In this document: one piece after another, positions 1 to 9,615 of the stretch
How positions within the stretch are numbered: the stretch's first letter is position 1
Layout: each line of letters opens with the position of its first letter
Assembly (NCBI GenBank): GCA_025934715.1
Contig: JAICWR010000002.1
Span: forward strand, 152 to 64,151
Direction: 5' to 3'
Length of the DNA: 64,000 bases
DNA from: Candidatus Saccharimonadota bacterium
GTDB taxonomy: Bacteria; Patescibacteriota; Saccharimonadia; Saccharimonadales; UBA10212
Position numbers and translations under genes: made by a program
Notes under the pieces: generated by a model
What the model saw: the letters and a program-made list of their open reading frames with translations, nothing else
The model's database searches: none
What the model was told of the DNA's origin: nothing

Positions 1-78
1 GTAGTGGAACGGGTCACGGCCTGCTTCATGAAGATGACCAAATTCATAATTAAAGACCTGGAAGCAGCAGCCAAATGA
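1..78 (+). CDS. C-terminal fragment of a VOC/PhnB-like protein (truncated by window edge)
   Basis: Frame 1 reads VVERVTACFMKMTKFIIKDLEAAAK*, resembling the C-terminus of PhnB-like VOC proteins; ATGA overlap with the next gene. Confidence 0.6.
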   Translation, partial: VVERVTACFMKMTKFIIKDLEAAAK

Positions 79-641
79 GATTGGTGGTTTCTGAGTTTGT
101 CACAGCCGACGGAGTTTTTGAAGACCCTGGTGGCTCGGAGGGCACCGAATTCGGTAGTTGGAGTATAGATTACGGCACCGCGGAATCATTTAAATATAAA
201 GAGGCGGAGCTTAAGTCCGCCGACGCCCAGCTGCTCGGACGGGTGACTTACCAGGGTTTTGCCGACGCTTGGCCCAAGCGCAGCAATAAAGATCCATTTG
301 CCAAAAAATTCAACCAAATGCCAAAACATGTGGTGTCGTCCACCCTAAGCAAACTCGATTGGGAGAATTCGCACTTCGTAAAGGGCGATTTGGTAACTGG
401 CATCAAAAATCTCAAGAAGCAATATAAGGGTGACGTGCTGGTTTATGGCAGCGGCCAATTAGTGCGGTTTTTGCTGGATAAAAATTTGGTTGACATGTTG
501 TCATTGATGGTCCACCCGATAATTTTCGGCAAAGGCAAACTTCTGTTTGATGGCTTGGAGAAACGCCACAATTTAACCCTCAAAACCACTAAAAAATTTC
601 CTAACGGTGTAGTAGTTTTGGAATATGAGCCGAATAAATAA
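75..641 (+). CDS. Dihydrofolate reductase family (RibD C-terminal-like) protein
   Basis: N-terminal EFVTADG, LLGRVTY and VYGSGQLV motifs. Confidence 0.85.
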   Translation: MRLVVSEFVTADGVFEDPGGSEGTEFGSWSIDYGTAESFKYKEAELKSADAQLLGRVTYQGFADAWPKRSNKDPFAKKFNQMPKHVVSSTLSKLDWENSHFVKGDLVTGIKNLKKQYKGDVLVYGSGQLVRFLLDKNLVDMLSLMVHPIIFGKGKLLFDGLEKRHNLTLKTTKKFPNGVVVLEYEPNK

Positions 642-723
642 GAAGCTCTTTTGTGCTCGAAGCAGCTGCCAAGCCTTAGCCGGCAAACGGAGTATATAAT
701 TATATCTATAAAAGGGAGGTTTT

Positions 724-1146
724 ATGGCAAACGTAAGTATTGTTCCCTATCTGTTTTTCAGGGGGAACGCTAAAGAGGCGATGGAATTTTATAAAAGTGT
801 CTTTGGAGGCGAGTTGCATGTCCAGACGATGGCCGATTCGCCGCAGGAGATGCAGATGCCCGGTTCTAAGCCGACCGACGTGATGCACGCCCGCTTAAGC
901 GGGCCGGTGGATCTGATGGCCAGCGACAGCCAGCAAGCCAGTGAAAAAGCCATGAAAATCGAGTTATCTATAAACGGCGGCAGCGCCGACGAAGCTAAGA
1001 TGCGCGAAATGTTCGGTAAATTAGCCGAAGGCGGCAAGGTCAAGATGGAACTTCAGAAAATGCCCTGGGGCGACCTTTACGGACAGATAACTGATAAGTT
1101 CAACATCGAATGGATGATGAACATCGGCGACAGCATGGGCGGCTAA
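724..1146 (+). CDS. VOC family protein (PhnB-like)
   Basis: PYLFFRGNAKEAMEFY...VMHA...PWGDLYGQITDKFNIEWM; SD GGGAGG upstream. Confidence 0.9.
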   Translation: MANVSIVPYLFFRGNAKEAMEFYKSVFGGELHVQTMADSPQEMQMPGSKPTDVMHARLSGPVDLMASDSQQASEKAMKIELSINGGSADEAKMREMFGKLAEGGKVKMELQKMPWGDLYGQITDKFNIEWMMNIGDSMGG

Positions 1147-1147
1147 C

Positions 1148-1179
1148 AAAAAAGCACCAGATTTCTCTGATGCGTTTTT
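1148..1179. terminator. Probable bidirectional intrinsic terminator
   Basis: A-tract, GCACCAGA/TCTGATGC stem and T-tract between the convergent VOC gene and tmRNA. Confidence 0.55.
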
Positions 1180-1577
1180 GGTGGAGTTGGCGGGAAATTC
1201 TCCCGCGTCCGCTCGGTAACAAATCCGATGACTACAGGCTTAGGCCGCTTGAAGTCTTTACCTAGCCATTAAAACGGCCGAAAAAAAACTAGGCGCAATC
1301 CAGGCAGTCTTAACCGGATTTTAGCGGATTACTAAACCCCGGGGCAGCCAAAAAATATGGCGCGCCCGCTCACTATTTGGCGTCGTAAGCGGCGCGGCTA
1401 GCGTGATTAAGCGCTAACTGTTGCGAAAGAATACGCCGGAGCAAAAAGGCTCGCGACAGCAGTTCTCACGCGATTAAATGCGTTTGCATTTAGTGGTTTG
1501 ATCCGGCTAACGTGCAGATCAACCCGGCCTGCCATGTGGATGTGTCAATGTCCAAACGTCGAAATAAATTCAACCCC
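1179..1577 (-). ncRNA. ssrA: tmRNA
   Basis: 5' GGGGTTGAA..TTCGAC; 3' CAACTCCACCA with G3-U pair; resume motif TAAAT-GCA then tag ANAFNRVRTAVASLFAPAYSFATVSA* (1407-1487). Confidence 0.95.
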
Positions 1578-1699
1578 TCGTCGCAACCTATGCGTCTGCC
1601 TCGTTTCGGCTAGTAAGCCAAAAGCTTCGGCTTGACGCTATGTTGCTCCTCTCAATTTCGCGTACGGCTGCTAGCACCCCGATGCGCAAAATTGGAAAG
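1578..1699 (-). repeat. Structured ~122-nt element abutting the tmRNA 5' end (homologous to 44520-44643)
   Basis: Shared TTTCCAATTTTGCGYATCGGGG..GCCGTACGC..TTGAGAG...CGACGA. Confidence 0.8.
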
Positions 1700-1783
1700 A
1701 AACCTAAGTTGCAAAGAGCGACCGAACTTTGAACTAATATAGATTATACCACTTGTGTTAACTTTCTGCAATAGAGTAAGGGG

Positions 1784-2188
1784 TTAGGCAAGTTTTTTGG
1801 CGGCAATTTCCAGGGTGGCAGCCTCGCTGTTAGTTAGGATATCCAGTATCTGCTTCTGCTGTCTTTTTAGAAGTTTCTCAGCGTCTTTGTAGCGGCCCGC
1901 GCCTTTAGCAGTTAAAGTCACATCGCGCTGGCGGTTATCCTTTTTATTTCTGCCGATACTTACCAAGCCCTGTTTTTTCATGGCCTGCAGCTGGCGGCTG
2001 ACATTCGCCTCGGTCTGGCTTAGCTCCACCGCGATAACTCTCTGGGAAGTTGGGGTGGATTTATCTAGTACGCTCATTATTCTGGCAGCTGATAGCCCGA
2101 TCCCTGTCTCTGCCTCCAAAACGGCTTCGCATCTATGTTGTAAAACATACGACAGATGGAGCAGGGGAGGAAAATTAGGTTTTGCCAT
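1784..2188 (-). CDS. MarR family transcriptional regulator
   Basis: Winged HTH with VSRQL...GLV...DNRQRDVTLTAKG. Confidence 0.9.
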   Translation of the reverse strand: MAKPNFPPLLHLSYVLQHRCEAVLEAETGIGLSAARIMSVLDKSTPTSQRVIAVELSQTEANVSRQLQAMKKQGLVSIGRNKKDNRQRDVTLTAKGAGRYKDAEKLLKRQQKQILDILTNSEAATLEIAAKKLA

Positions 2189-2228
2189 GAAACAACCCTC
2201 GTTTAACACTTTTAGCTTATGGCAAAAA

Positions 2229-2246
2229 TACTTAACAAGTCAAGTA
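2229..2246. promoter_or_regulatory. 18-bp palindrome, TACTTAACWWGTTAAGTA family
   Basis: TACTTAACAAGTCAAGTA upstream of the MarR gene; motif recurs in the window. Confidence 0.6.
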
Positions 2247-2271
2247 TTTTGGAGGGCAGGGGACAAATTAT

Positions 2272-2550
2272 TCACAGCAGCGAGTTAACGTCTTGGCTGT
2301 AGCTGTGGGGGTCCAAGCCCTGGTCGATATTCGTGTTATTCAAGGTGTTCTCTGCCGCATTCAGGTCAGCCGCATTTTTAATGGCGGGCGCGCTGTTTAT
2401 GGTTGCCGGAATTGTGCTGGAAGTGGTTGGCGGCGCCACTGCGCTGTTTGTCTTTACCACTTGGTAACCAACAAACGCAATAATGCCAGCCGCAACTAGA
2501 AATAAGGCCAGTCCGAGATGTCCGAAGCCTTGCTGAGTAGTTTTTTTCAT
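2272..2550 (-). CDS. Small membrane protein with prepilin-like N-terminus
   Basis: QQG|FGHLGL then hydrophobic helix; SD GGAGG. Confidence 0.7.
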   Translation of the reverse strand: MKKTTQQGFGHLGLALFLVAAGIIAFVGYQVVKTNSAVAPPTTSSTIPATINSAPAIKNAADLNAAENTLNNTNIDQGLDPHSYSQDVNSLL

Positions 2551-2561
2551 CTTCTGCCCTC

Positions 2562-3272
2562 CTATTGGTTAGTGGTATTAGTCGTGCCCGTGGAATTATC
2601 TGTGCCACTGGTCGTATTCGCGCCTGTGCCGGCGCCTTTTAGGGACTTTATTAAATCAACCAGCGCCGAGCGATAGGCTTTGAGCTTATCGCGCGTATCC
2701 TTAACAGCTGTTTGAAATGTAGCGACACTGTCGGCCACTGTTTGGGAAGTGCAGTCTATACTGCTCGCATCAAGCGCCCTTAGCGCATCAATGCTTGTCT
2801 GGGCATTGGCGGAGGCGGTGTCAACATTTGCTTTCAGCGTGGCGTAGTCACTAACATTCAGCTGCTTGTTCGTGTAGAATTGCTGGACCCTTTGATAAAT
2901 TTTGTTGAAAACCGCTTTGTGGTTGGTGGCAAATCGGACCGCATTTGATTCCCTGGTTTCCAAATTCGCCTTTCGGGCTTCACAGGCCCGCTGGCGGTGC
3001 TGCTCGGTCTGTTTCTGGTGGCTAGCACGGGCTAGTTGCAGGTTTTCTTTGGCCGTTTCGCGGAATTGTTCCGTCAGATCGTTCGTTTCAGGCGAGGTTG
3101 AGATGGTGGCCGTGTTATTACTGGTGTCATCAGCTATTTGGGAATTGTCCGACGAACCAGATGAGTTATTACTGCCCCCACCGTGCTCAGCGGCGGCCGG
3201 CAAAACCATGGCGCCTCCGGTGAATAACATTACCACGGCCAGACTTAGTATGAATCTTCTTATGTTACGCAT
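2562..3272 (-). CDS. Secreted helical/coiled-coil hypothetical protein
   Basis: Signal peptide ending AAA, S/N-rich linker, helical domain with two Cys. Confidence 0.75.
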   Translation of the reverse strand: MRNIRRFILSLAVVMLFTGGAMVLPAAAEHGGGSNNSSGSSDNSQIADDTSNNTATISTSPETNDLTEQFRETAKENLQLARASHQKQTEQHRQRACEARKANLETRESNAVRFATNHKAVFNKIYQRVQQFYTNKQLNVSDYATLKANVDTASANAQTSIDALRALDASSIDCTSQTVADSVATFQTAVKDTRDKLKAYRSALVDLIKSLKGAGTGANTTSGTDNSTGTTNTTNQ

Positions 3273-3277
3273 AGTGC

Positions 3278-4063
3278 TTAAATAATATTACTTTTATAGT
3301 TCTTGTAAAGCGTGTGCCACTCGCGCAGTGAGAGTTCCTGGGCCCGCCGGCCGCCGTCAACCCCTGAGGTTTTTAGCAATTGGTCCGCTTGTTCCTTGCT
3401 GATATTCAAACCGGCTGACAGGCTGCCCCGCAGTTTTTTGCGGCGGCCGGCAAAGCCGGCTTTAACAATCCTAAAGTACATACCGCTGTCCAGGTCTTTG
3501 AACAAAGGTTTTGGGCGCTTTTGCATAATCACCACTTGGGAATCCACCTTCGGCGGCGGCGTGAAGAGCTCGGCGGCCACCGCCGGGCCGAGCTTGGGCT
3601 GGTAGTAGAGCTGTACGCTCACGGCCAGCAGGCTCATCTGGCCCGGCTTGGCGCAAATCCTCTCGGCCACCTCTTTTTGGACTAGCAGCGTCATCTCCAG
3701 CGGCGGATTCGATGATTCGCTCAATGTCCTGAGAAGATTGCTAGTCAGGTAGTAGGGGATGTTAGCGACCACTTTATAGGCCACCGGTAATTCCGACAGG
3801 TCGAACTCTAAGATATTTCCGCGTACGATTACGAGGTTATCCGCGGCTATACCAGTCGCCAGATTCGCCGCCAGCTCCGCATCCATCTCGACCGCCACCA
3901 CGCTATTAGCCCGTCTAATTAAGCGGCGGGTTAAGTCGCCAAGGCCCGGTCCGATCTCCAGCACCGTGTCATCATGGCTCAGGTTGGCCGCCTCACAAAT
4001 AGCCTCTAGGGTCGCATCGTCCTTCAACCAGTGCTGCCCCAAGCTTTTCTTTGGGCCTACCAC
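3278..4063 (-). CDS. rsmA: 16S rRNA adenine dimethyltransferase KsgA
   Basis: KKSLGQHWL, VLEIGPGLG, VVANIPYY, PPPKVDS. Confidence 0.97.
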   Translation of the reverse strand: MVGPKKSLGQHWLKDDATLEAICEAANLSHDDTVLEIGPGLGDLTRRLIRRANSVVAVEMDAELAANLATGIAADNLVIVRGNILEFDLSELPVAYKVVANIPYYLTSNLLRTLSESSNPPLEMTLLVQKEVAERICAKPGQMSLLAVSVQLYYQPKLGPAVAAELFTPPPKVDSQVVIMQKRPKPLFKDLDSGMYFRIVKAGFAGRRKKLRGSLSAGLNISKEQADQLLKTSGVDGGRRAQELSLREWHTLYKNYKSNII

Positions 4064-5280
4064 GAAGAGTAATTAAGCCAATGGTAGTAAGCGTTGGCCC
4101 AGCCGCCGTAAGACCGCGAGGCGTATCCGGAACACCATCTAAGCTGGGTTATGGGGTTTGTCTCCCAGTCGCCGCCGGCGGTTGACATCTTGCTGCCCGG
4201 CAGAGCCTGGCAGAGGCCGTAGGCCCCACTGCCGTTAGCGGCCGTGACCCGCCAGCCGGACTCGTGGCTGACAATAAAGTTAGCGTAGGCGTAATCGCCG
4301 GACGAGATCCCCGAGGCGGCCATGATGGCTGTTTTATCGCCGTTAATGTCGATGGTCGTTCCCCTGGCCACGATTTTTGGCACCGGCGGTTCGATGATTA
4401 TCCGCTGGATGATTTTCTTAGCTTCTGGCTTGCCTTTTTGGATGCTGACCAGATAGGTGGTCAGTTCCTTGCCGGCTGCGCCGTTTTGGCGGGTGACAGT
4501 GGTGCCGAAACTCAGGCTGGCGTCGCTGATGACTTTAGTTGGCACAGGGATGGGTTCCTCCACGGTTTGCACATGAGTGCCTTTGGATAGGATAAAAACC
4601 ACCATTTTCGGTTTGATAGGCGTCTGCAGCGCCGGACTGACATTTTCGCCGTGGTCCAATTTAATATGTTTTTCGCTCAGTAGGTCTTCCACGGTAGAAG
4701 CCAAGGTGTAAGTTGGCACCTGGGAGCCATACAGGTTGATCGTGATCGGGGTTGCCCGGTGGACGACCACTTGCTCGCCTATGATATTATCTTTTATTTC
4801 ACCGGTCGAAAAAGTGGCGATGTCTTCCGGGCGGACCGCCAGTCCGGCGGTTTGGGCGACCACCCGGGCGCTTAGCTGGGCAGTCAGCGTGACAATTTTA
4901 TGGTCGCCGTCAATCACGGTCACCGGGCGGGCATGGTAGATATTGATCCTGAAGTTATCCTCCACGATCGGCGTATTTAAAGAGGGTTCTACGACATCCT
5001 GGGGAATAAGATGTAAATCCAGCCGGTTAATCAAGGCGCCGACTGTTTGGGCATTCGTGTCGATTGTCCGTTTTTGGCCGCTGTCAAACAGATAAACCAC
5101 GTGATAATTAGTCTCGACATAAGTATGGCCGCCCTTACTTAAAAACATCAAGCCGACAATCATCAGGCCCAGCAATAGGCCGAATAACGGCAATATATAG
5201 GGGCGCCGCCTGACATGGCGCAAACCAGCCCGGTGCGCGGTTTTGTAATGCCCGGTTAATGTCTTAGGTATGGGTTTCAT
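4057..5280 (-). CDS. RpfB/YabE-like cell-wall protein (DUF348 repeats, G5, lytic transglycosylase-like domain)
   Basis: TM anchor, ubiquitin-like repeats, G5 domain, IVSHESGW...GAYGLCQALP; adjacent to ksgA. Confidence 0.85.
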   Translation of the reverse strand: MKPIPKTLTGHYKTAHRAGLRHVRRRPYILPLFGLLLGLMIVGLMFLSKGGHTYVETNYHVVYLFDSGQKRTIDTNAQTVGALINRLDLHLIPQDVVEPSLNTPIVEDNFRINIYHARPVTVIDGDHKIVTLTAQLSARVVAQTAGLAVRPEDIATFSTGEIKDNIIGEQVVVHRATPITINLYGSQVPTYTLASTVEDLLSEKHIKLDHGENVSPALQTPIKPKMVVFILSKGTHVQTVEEPIPVPTKVISDASLSFGTTVTRQNGAAGKELTTYLVSIQKGKPEAKKIIQRIIIEPPVPKIVARGTTIDINGDKTAIMAASGISSGDYAYANFIVSHESGWRVTAANGSGAYGLCQALPGSKMSTAGGDWETNPITQLRWCSGYASRSYGGWANAYYHWLNYSSW

Positions 5281-5323
5281 CGACGATATGGGGTGAAAAC
5301 AGCTTAATTATACCAAAGGGGGG

Positions 5324-7468
5324 CTATAGTTTCTCTAGTGGCGCGAAAGCGATGTTCAGCCGCTTGGTGCCAGCCGATTTAAAACGGATCGTGGCGTTAT
5401 CTCCCTCCAGGTCCAGCACGACACCCACGCCAAACAGTTCATGCTTGACTCCGTCGCCGGCTTCTAGCTCTGGCACGTAGCGGTGATCTTCCACCTGGGC
5501 GGGAAGGGCCGCCTCGGTTGTTGTGTCGAACAATCCATAACCAGCTTGTAAAACTGTTGTGGTGTTGATATCTGCCAAAAAACGGCTCGGCGGATTATGC
5601 TGGCGGCCGCCGTAAAGGGTCCTTTCGGTGGCATAGGCCAAAAATAGTTCCTGCTTGGCCCGGGTCATACCCACATACATCAGACGTCTTTCTTCTTCCA
5701 TCTCAGCCGGATCATAAAGCGACCGGCTATGGGGAAAGACCGATTCTTCCAGGCCGGTGATGAAAACCACTGGGAATTCCAGGCCTTTGGCTGAATGCAG
5801 GGTCATCATGACCACGGCGTCATCACTCATATCAGCCTGGTCCAGATCGCTGACTAGCGACACTTCCTCCAAAAAACCGGCTAGGCCGGCGTCGCTGTAC
5901 TCCGCGGCAACGCTTAGCAATTCTTTAACGTTCTCCACCCGGGCTTCGCCCTGAGGCGTGCCGTCTTGCATGAATTTAAGATAATCAAGCCGACGTATCA
6001 AACTGTCAATCAGGCTGGCCGGCAGTAATTCATCCATCTGAAGCCGGAAGCTGGCGACTATATCGGCCAATTCGGTAAGGCCGGCCCGGGCTTTGGGCGT
6101 GATGTCAAGGCAGCCCGACGATCCAGCCAGCGCTTCACCCAGGCTTAGGCTCTGGGCTTGGCGCCAGCTGTTAAACGACAGGAGGGACTTGGCCCCAATG
6201 CCGCGGGCAGGTACATTCACTATCCGCTCAAAGCTGGCTGAATCGTCGGGCTGGTAAATCAGTCTAAGATAAGCCAGGATGTCTTTAATTTCTTTGCGGT
6301 CATAAAAGCGGACGCCGCCGTAGATCCTATAAGGAATACCGTGGTGCACAAACACTTCCTCGAGTGCCCGGCTCTGGGCATTAGTGCGGTAAAGTATGGC
6401 GAAATCTTTGTAGCTGCGGGCTTTGATATCAACCGCCGACTGGATGCGCCGGACGACTGCCTCGCCTTCGCCTCTTTCCGTGGACACCTGCAGCACCTGG
6501 ATAGGCGAGCCGGCGCTGGCCGCTGTCCATAGTTTTTTATCACTGCGCAAACTGTTTTTAGAAATAATTAGATGGGCGGCATCAAGGATATTCTTAGTGC
6601 TGCGATAATTTTGCTCCAGCTTGATAATGGTGCACCTTGGGTAATCTTTTTCAAAATTAAGGATGTTGCGGAAGTCGGCGCCGCGCCAGGAGTAAATGCT
6701 TTGCCAGTCATCGCCGACCACCGCGATGTTTTGGTGAGTTCCGGTCAGCAGTTTCACCAATTTATACTGGGCAGAATTGGTGTCTTGGTATTCATCCACC
6801 ATCACGTACTTGAATTGGGCCTGCCACTTTTGTCGCAGCTGTTCATGCCCGGCCAGCATATCCACTGTCCGGCCGATTAAATCGTCAAAGTCCAACGCCG
6901 ATCCTTCTTTTAGCATCTTTTCGTAAAGCGGATAGACCTTGGCGGCGGCCCGGGCAGCGGGGCTGTATTCGGAGGTGGATTGGAATTCTTCGGGGCCCAC
7001 CATCTCGTTCTTAGCGCCGCTGATAAGTGACGTCAACAAACGCGCCGGAAAGCTTTTTTCATCAATGCCCGCTTGGCGGGCAGCCTGTTTGATAGCCGCT
7101 TGGCGGTCGCTCTCATCCCAAATCACAAAGCTGCGCGGAATACCGCTGTGCTCGCCGTCGTGGCGCAATATCCGCACACAAATACTGTGGAAAGTACCCA
7201 TATACGGCATAAAGCTTCGGTCCAGCGGGTCTTTGCCCAACAAACCGGCCACCCGCGACCGCATTTCGCCGGCCGCTTTATTAGTGAAGGTCACCGCCAG
7301 AATGTTAGCCGGCTGGGCCATATGGTTGGCCAAAATGTAAGCAGCCCGGTGTGTCAGGGTTTTGGTCTTGCCGCTGCCGGCTCCCGCCAATATCAGCAGC
7401 GGGCCCTCGGTGCATACGACCGCCCGCTTCTGTTCAGCGTTCAAACCACTCAAAAGACCGTCTGTCAC
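5324..7468 (-). CDS. pcrA: ATP-dependent DNA helicase PcrA/UvrD
   Basis: AGAGSGKT, VDEYQD, VGDDWQSIY, TLHSAKGLEF. Confidence 0.95.
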   Translation of the reverse strand: MTDGLLSGLNAEQKRAVVCTEGPLLILAGAGSGKTKTLTHRAAYILANHMAQPANILAVTFTNKAAGEMRSRVAGLLGKDPLDRSFMPYMGTFHSICVRILRHDGEHSGIPRSFVIWDESDRQAAIKQAARQAGIDEKSFPARLLTSLISGAKNEMVGPEEFQSTSEYSPAARAAAKVYPLYEKMLKEGSALDFDDLIGRTVDMLAGHEQLRQKWQAQFKYVMVDEYQDTNSAQYKLVKLLTGTHQNIAVVGDDWQSIYSWRGADFRNILNFEKDYPRCTIIKLEQNYRSTKNILDAAHLIISKNSLRSDKKLWTAASAGSPIQVLQVSTERGEGEAVVRRIQSAVDIKARSYKDFAILYRTNAQSRALEEVFVHHGIPYRIYGGVRFYDRKEIKDILAYLRLIYQPDDSASFERIVNVPARGIGAKSLLSFNSWRQAQSLSLGEALAGSSGCLDITPKARAGLTELADIVASFRLQMDELLPASLIDSLIRRLDYLKFMQDGTPQGEARVENVKELLSVAAEYSDAGLAGFLEEVSLVSDLDQADMSDDAVVMMTLHSAKGLEFPVVFITGLEESVFPHSRSLYDPAEMEEERRLMYVGMTRAKQELFLAYATERTLYGGRQHNPPSRFLADINTTTVLQAGYGLFDTTTEAALPAQVEDHRYVPELEAGDGVKHELFGVGVVLDLEGDNATIRFKSAGTKRLNIAFAPLEKL

Positions 7469-7492
7469 TAGTAGTATTGTATCAACCGGCGG

Positions 7493-8758
7493 CTACTGGG
7501 CGGCGGAAAATTTGACGGTGCCCAGTAATTGCTTGATGGCCGTGGCGTTGGTCATAGCAGCATCTTTGACTCTGATCACAACTAGGTTAGGGTCGCTAAG
7601 GTTCTCGGCGTAAATATCGCCCATGACTTTGCCTGCGGCGTCCAAAACTTTGGTTTGGACGATGGTTTTAGCGTCAAGCTTCGTGGCGGAAGCCAGAGGC
7701 CCCTGGTCGCAGACTATGGTGGACGGCGTGTCTATGCCGGCGGCAGTCGTGAAATGTAGGGTCGATTGGTAAATCAGTCCGTCGTTCGTCCCGGTGCACC
7801 ATTGGAGGAAATCATAATACTGGGCAGCTCTCGCCGGTGGCAAATATTTGCTGGCGGTGACAGCTAACTGGATATCTTTATTGGTGGCAAAATTAACCAG
7901 ATAAGCGTGGGTGCCGTCTGACTGCTGGCCGTTGCCTCGTTTGGTGTATCCAGGGTCGGCTGCTGAGCTCGGCGCTCCCCACGCCAAAGGCGCCGCGAAA
8001 GTCATGTTAGTACCCGATAATTGGTAGACTTTAAACCCGGCGGGAGTCGCAGGCGCACTGGCAGCCGGCTGATTGCTAGTTTGGGAAGGTTCTTCTGGCC
8101 TAGATCCGGTGGTGGCTGTGGTCTTTGGTTTGAAGATATGAAATGGCAGGTGTGAGTACCCCCGGACTAAGCCGGAATCTATGGCCAGGTAAGCAGCGAT
8201 TAATAAGATGAGGACCACTAACAACGCCGGCTTCCACCAGCTGCGTTTGAGGTTCTTCTCAGAAAAATGAAGTTCTTCAATATGCGGCGGAGGGGCTGCG
8301 GCTTCTGCTGGCACGGCGGACGCCTGGTCGTCGGGAGACGCCGGTTCATTGGCTGGCCGGGTTTCGTTGTCGGGAGCTTCCGCAAAAACCGCCGGTTCGA
8401 CCGGCTCCCCGGTACGATCATTTTCTCCCGCGTCCGGTGTCTCTGCTAGCGGCCTTGTTTCTTCAGTTTTTAGCGGTGCTGGCTCCTGATCCGTTCCCGG
8501 GTCGCTAAAAATAGCCGCGGCATCCGGCGGCACCGGCGAATTGGCCAGCCCTGGATGCTCCGGCGGTTCGCTATCATCAGCTTCGTGGCCGGCATCCAAC
8601 ACTTTTATATGCGTCGGCTCTTCGGTCTGCTTAGATGCATCTTTGACCATCGGGTCGCTGGCCACCGGATGATGGCCGACAATCACCGGCTTGCTGGTGG
8701 CCGGCGGGCTGACATCCTTAGGTTTCGTCACATCGAACACGCGGTTTTCGTCGGGCAT
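7493..8758 (-). CDS. Hypothetical bitopic membrane protein (acidic Pro-rich N-terminus)
   Basis: Low-complexity P/E/D region, TM helix, extracellular domain with two Cys; start MPDEN chosen. Confidence 0.75.
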   Translation of the reverse strand: MPDENRVFDVTKPKDVSPPATSKPVIVGHHPVASDPMVKDASKQTEEPTHIKVLDAGHEADDSEPPEHPGLANSPVPPDAAAIFSDPGTDQEPAPLKTEETRPLAETPDAGENDRTGEPVEPAVFAEAPDNETRPANEPASPDDQASAVPAEAAAPPPHIEELHFSEKNLKRSWWKPALLVVLILLIAAYLAIDSGLVRGYSHLPFHIFKPKTTATTGSRPEEPSQTSNQPAASAPATPAGFKVYQLSGTNMTFAAPLAWGAPSSAADPGYTKRGNGQQSDGTHAYLVNFATNKDIQLAVTASKYLPPARAAQYYDFLQWCTGTNDGLIYQSTLHFTTAAGIDTPSTIVCDQGPLASATKLDAKTIVQTKVLDAAGKVMGDIYAENLSDPNLVVIRVKDAAMTNATAIKQLLGTVKFSAAQ

Positions 8759-8760
8759 CT

Positions 8761-9567
8761 TTATTCCTTTCCACCCTTTCTTTGCCAGCGCCATGCTGCT
8801 TCTATAATGTCAGTGAACACTTGGTAATTCAAGCTGGCGCCGCCAACCAAAAAACCGTCCACGCCTTCGACGTCCAAAAAACCGCTGACGATTTCTGGCA
8901 CCGTGCTGCCGCCGTATAAAACCCGGACCTGCTTTCCGGCCTTTTCGCCGAAAACATCGGTCACATAACGCCTTATGTAGTTCACTGCCTCGGCCACCTG
9001 GTGGGGTTTGGCCACGATATGTTCCGTGTAGTTGGAGCCGTCACTGATAGCCCAAACCGGTTCGTAAGCAATCACAGAATCCTGGACTTCGCCGGCGGTC
9101 AAGTTCGATAGGGCCGACATTAGCTGGTCGTGCAGCACCTGCTTGGTTTCGCCGTCATCGCGGTCCTGCTTGGTCTCGCCCACGCAAAGTATCGGCATGA
9201 TCTCATTGCGTACAGCGGCCGCCATTTTATTTTTGATAGTTTCAAGGTCTTCATTGAACACATGCCGGCGCTCGCTGTGGCCGACTATGGCGTAGCTGAC
9301 CAGGTCGCGGATCATTGTGAAACTGACCTCGCCGGTGAACGGGCCTTCGTCGCGCCAATAGGCGTTTTGGGAGGCCAGCCGGAATTTGCGGCGGTCAACT
9401 TGAACGCTCAAAGGCTGCAGGCTAAGCATGCTGGGGGCGAGCACGATTTCTATATCACGGCGCCCAGGAATCCGTTCCTGGAGCCGGTGCAGCAATAAGC
9501 TGGCCTGGCTGGCGTTCAGGTGCATCTTCCAGTTACCGACAATCAGTATTTTACGCACGGTCTCCAC
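8761..9567 (-). CDS. tpiA: Triosephosphate isomerase
   Basis: GNWKM, VGHSERR, AYEPVWAI, YGGS, LVGGAS. Confidence 0.97.
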   Translation of the reverse strand: METVRKILIVGNWKMHLNASQASLLLHRLQERIPGRRDIEIVLAPSMLSLQPLSVQVDRRKFRLASQNAYWRDEGPFTGEVSFTMIRDLVSYAIVGHSERRHVFNEDLETIKNKMAAAVRNEIMPILCVGETKQDRDDGETKQVLHDQLMSALSNLTAGEVQDSVIAYEPVWAISDGSNYTEHIVAKPHQVAEAVNYIRRYVTDVFGEKAGKQVRVLYGGSTVPEIVSGFLDVEGVDGFLVGGASLNYQVFTDIIEAAWRWQRKGGKE

Positions 9568-9615
9568 CCTTATAGTATTTACGCTTATTGTACACGAAAC
9601 CTGCTCGCTTAAGCA

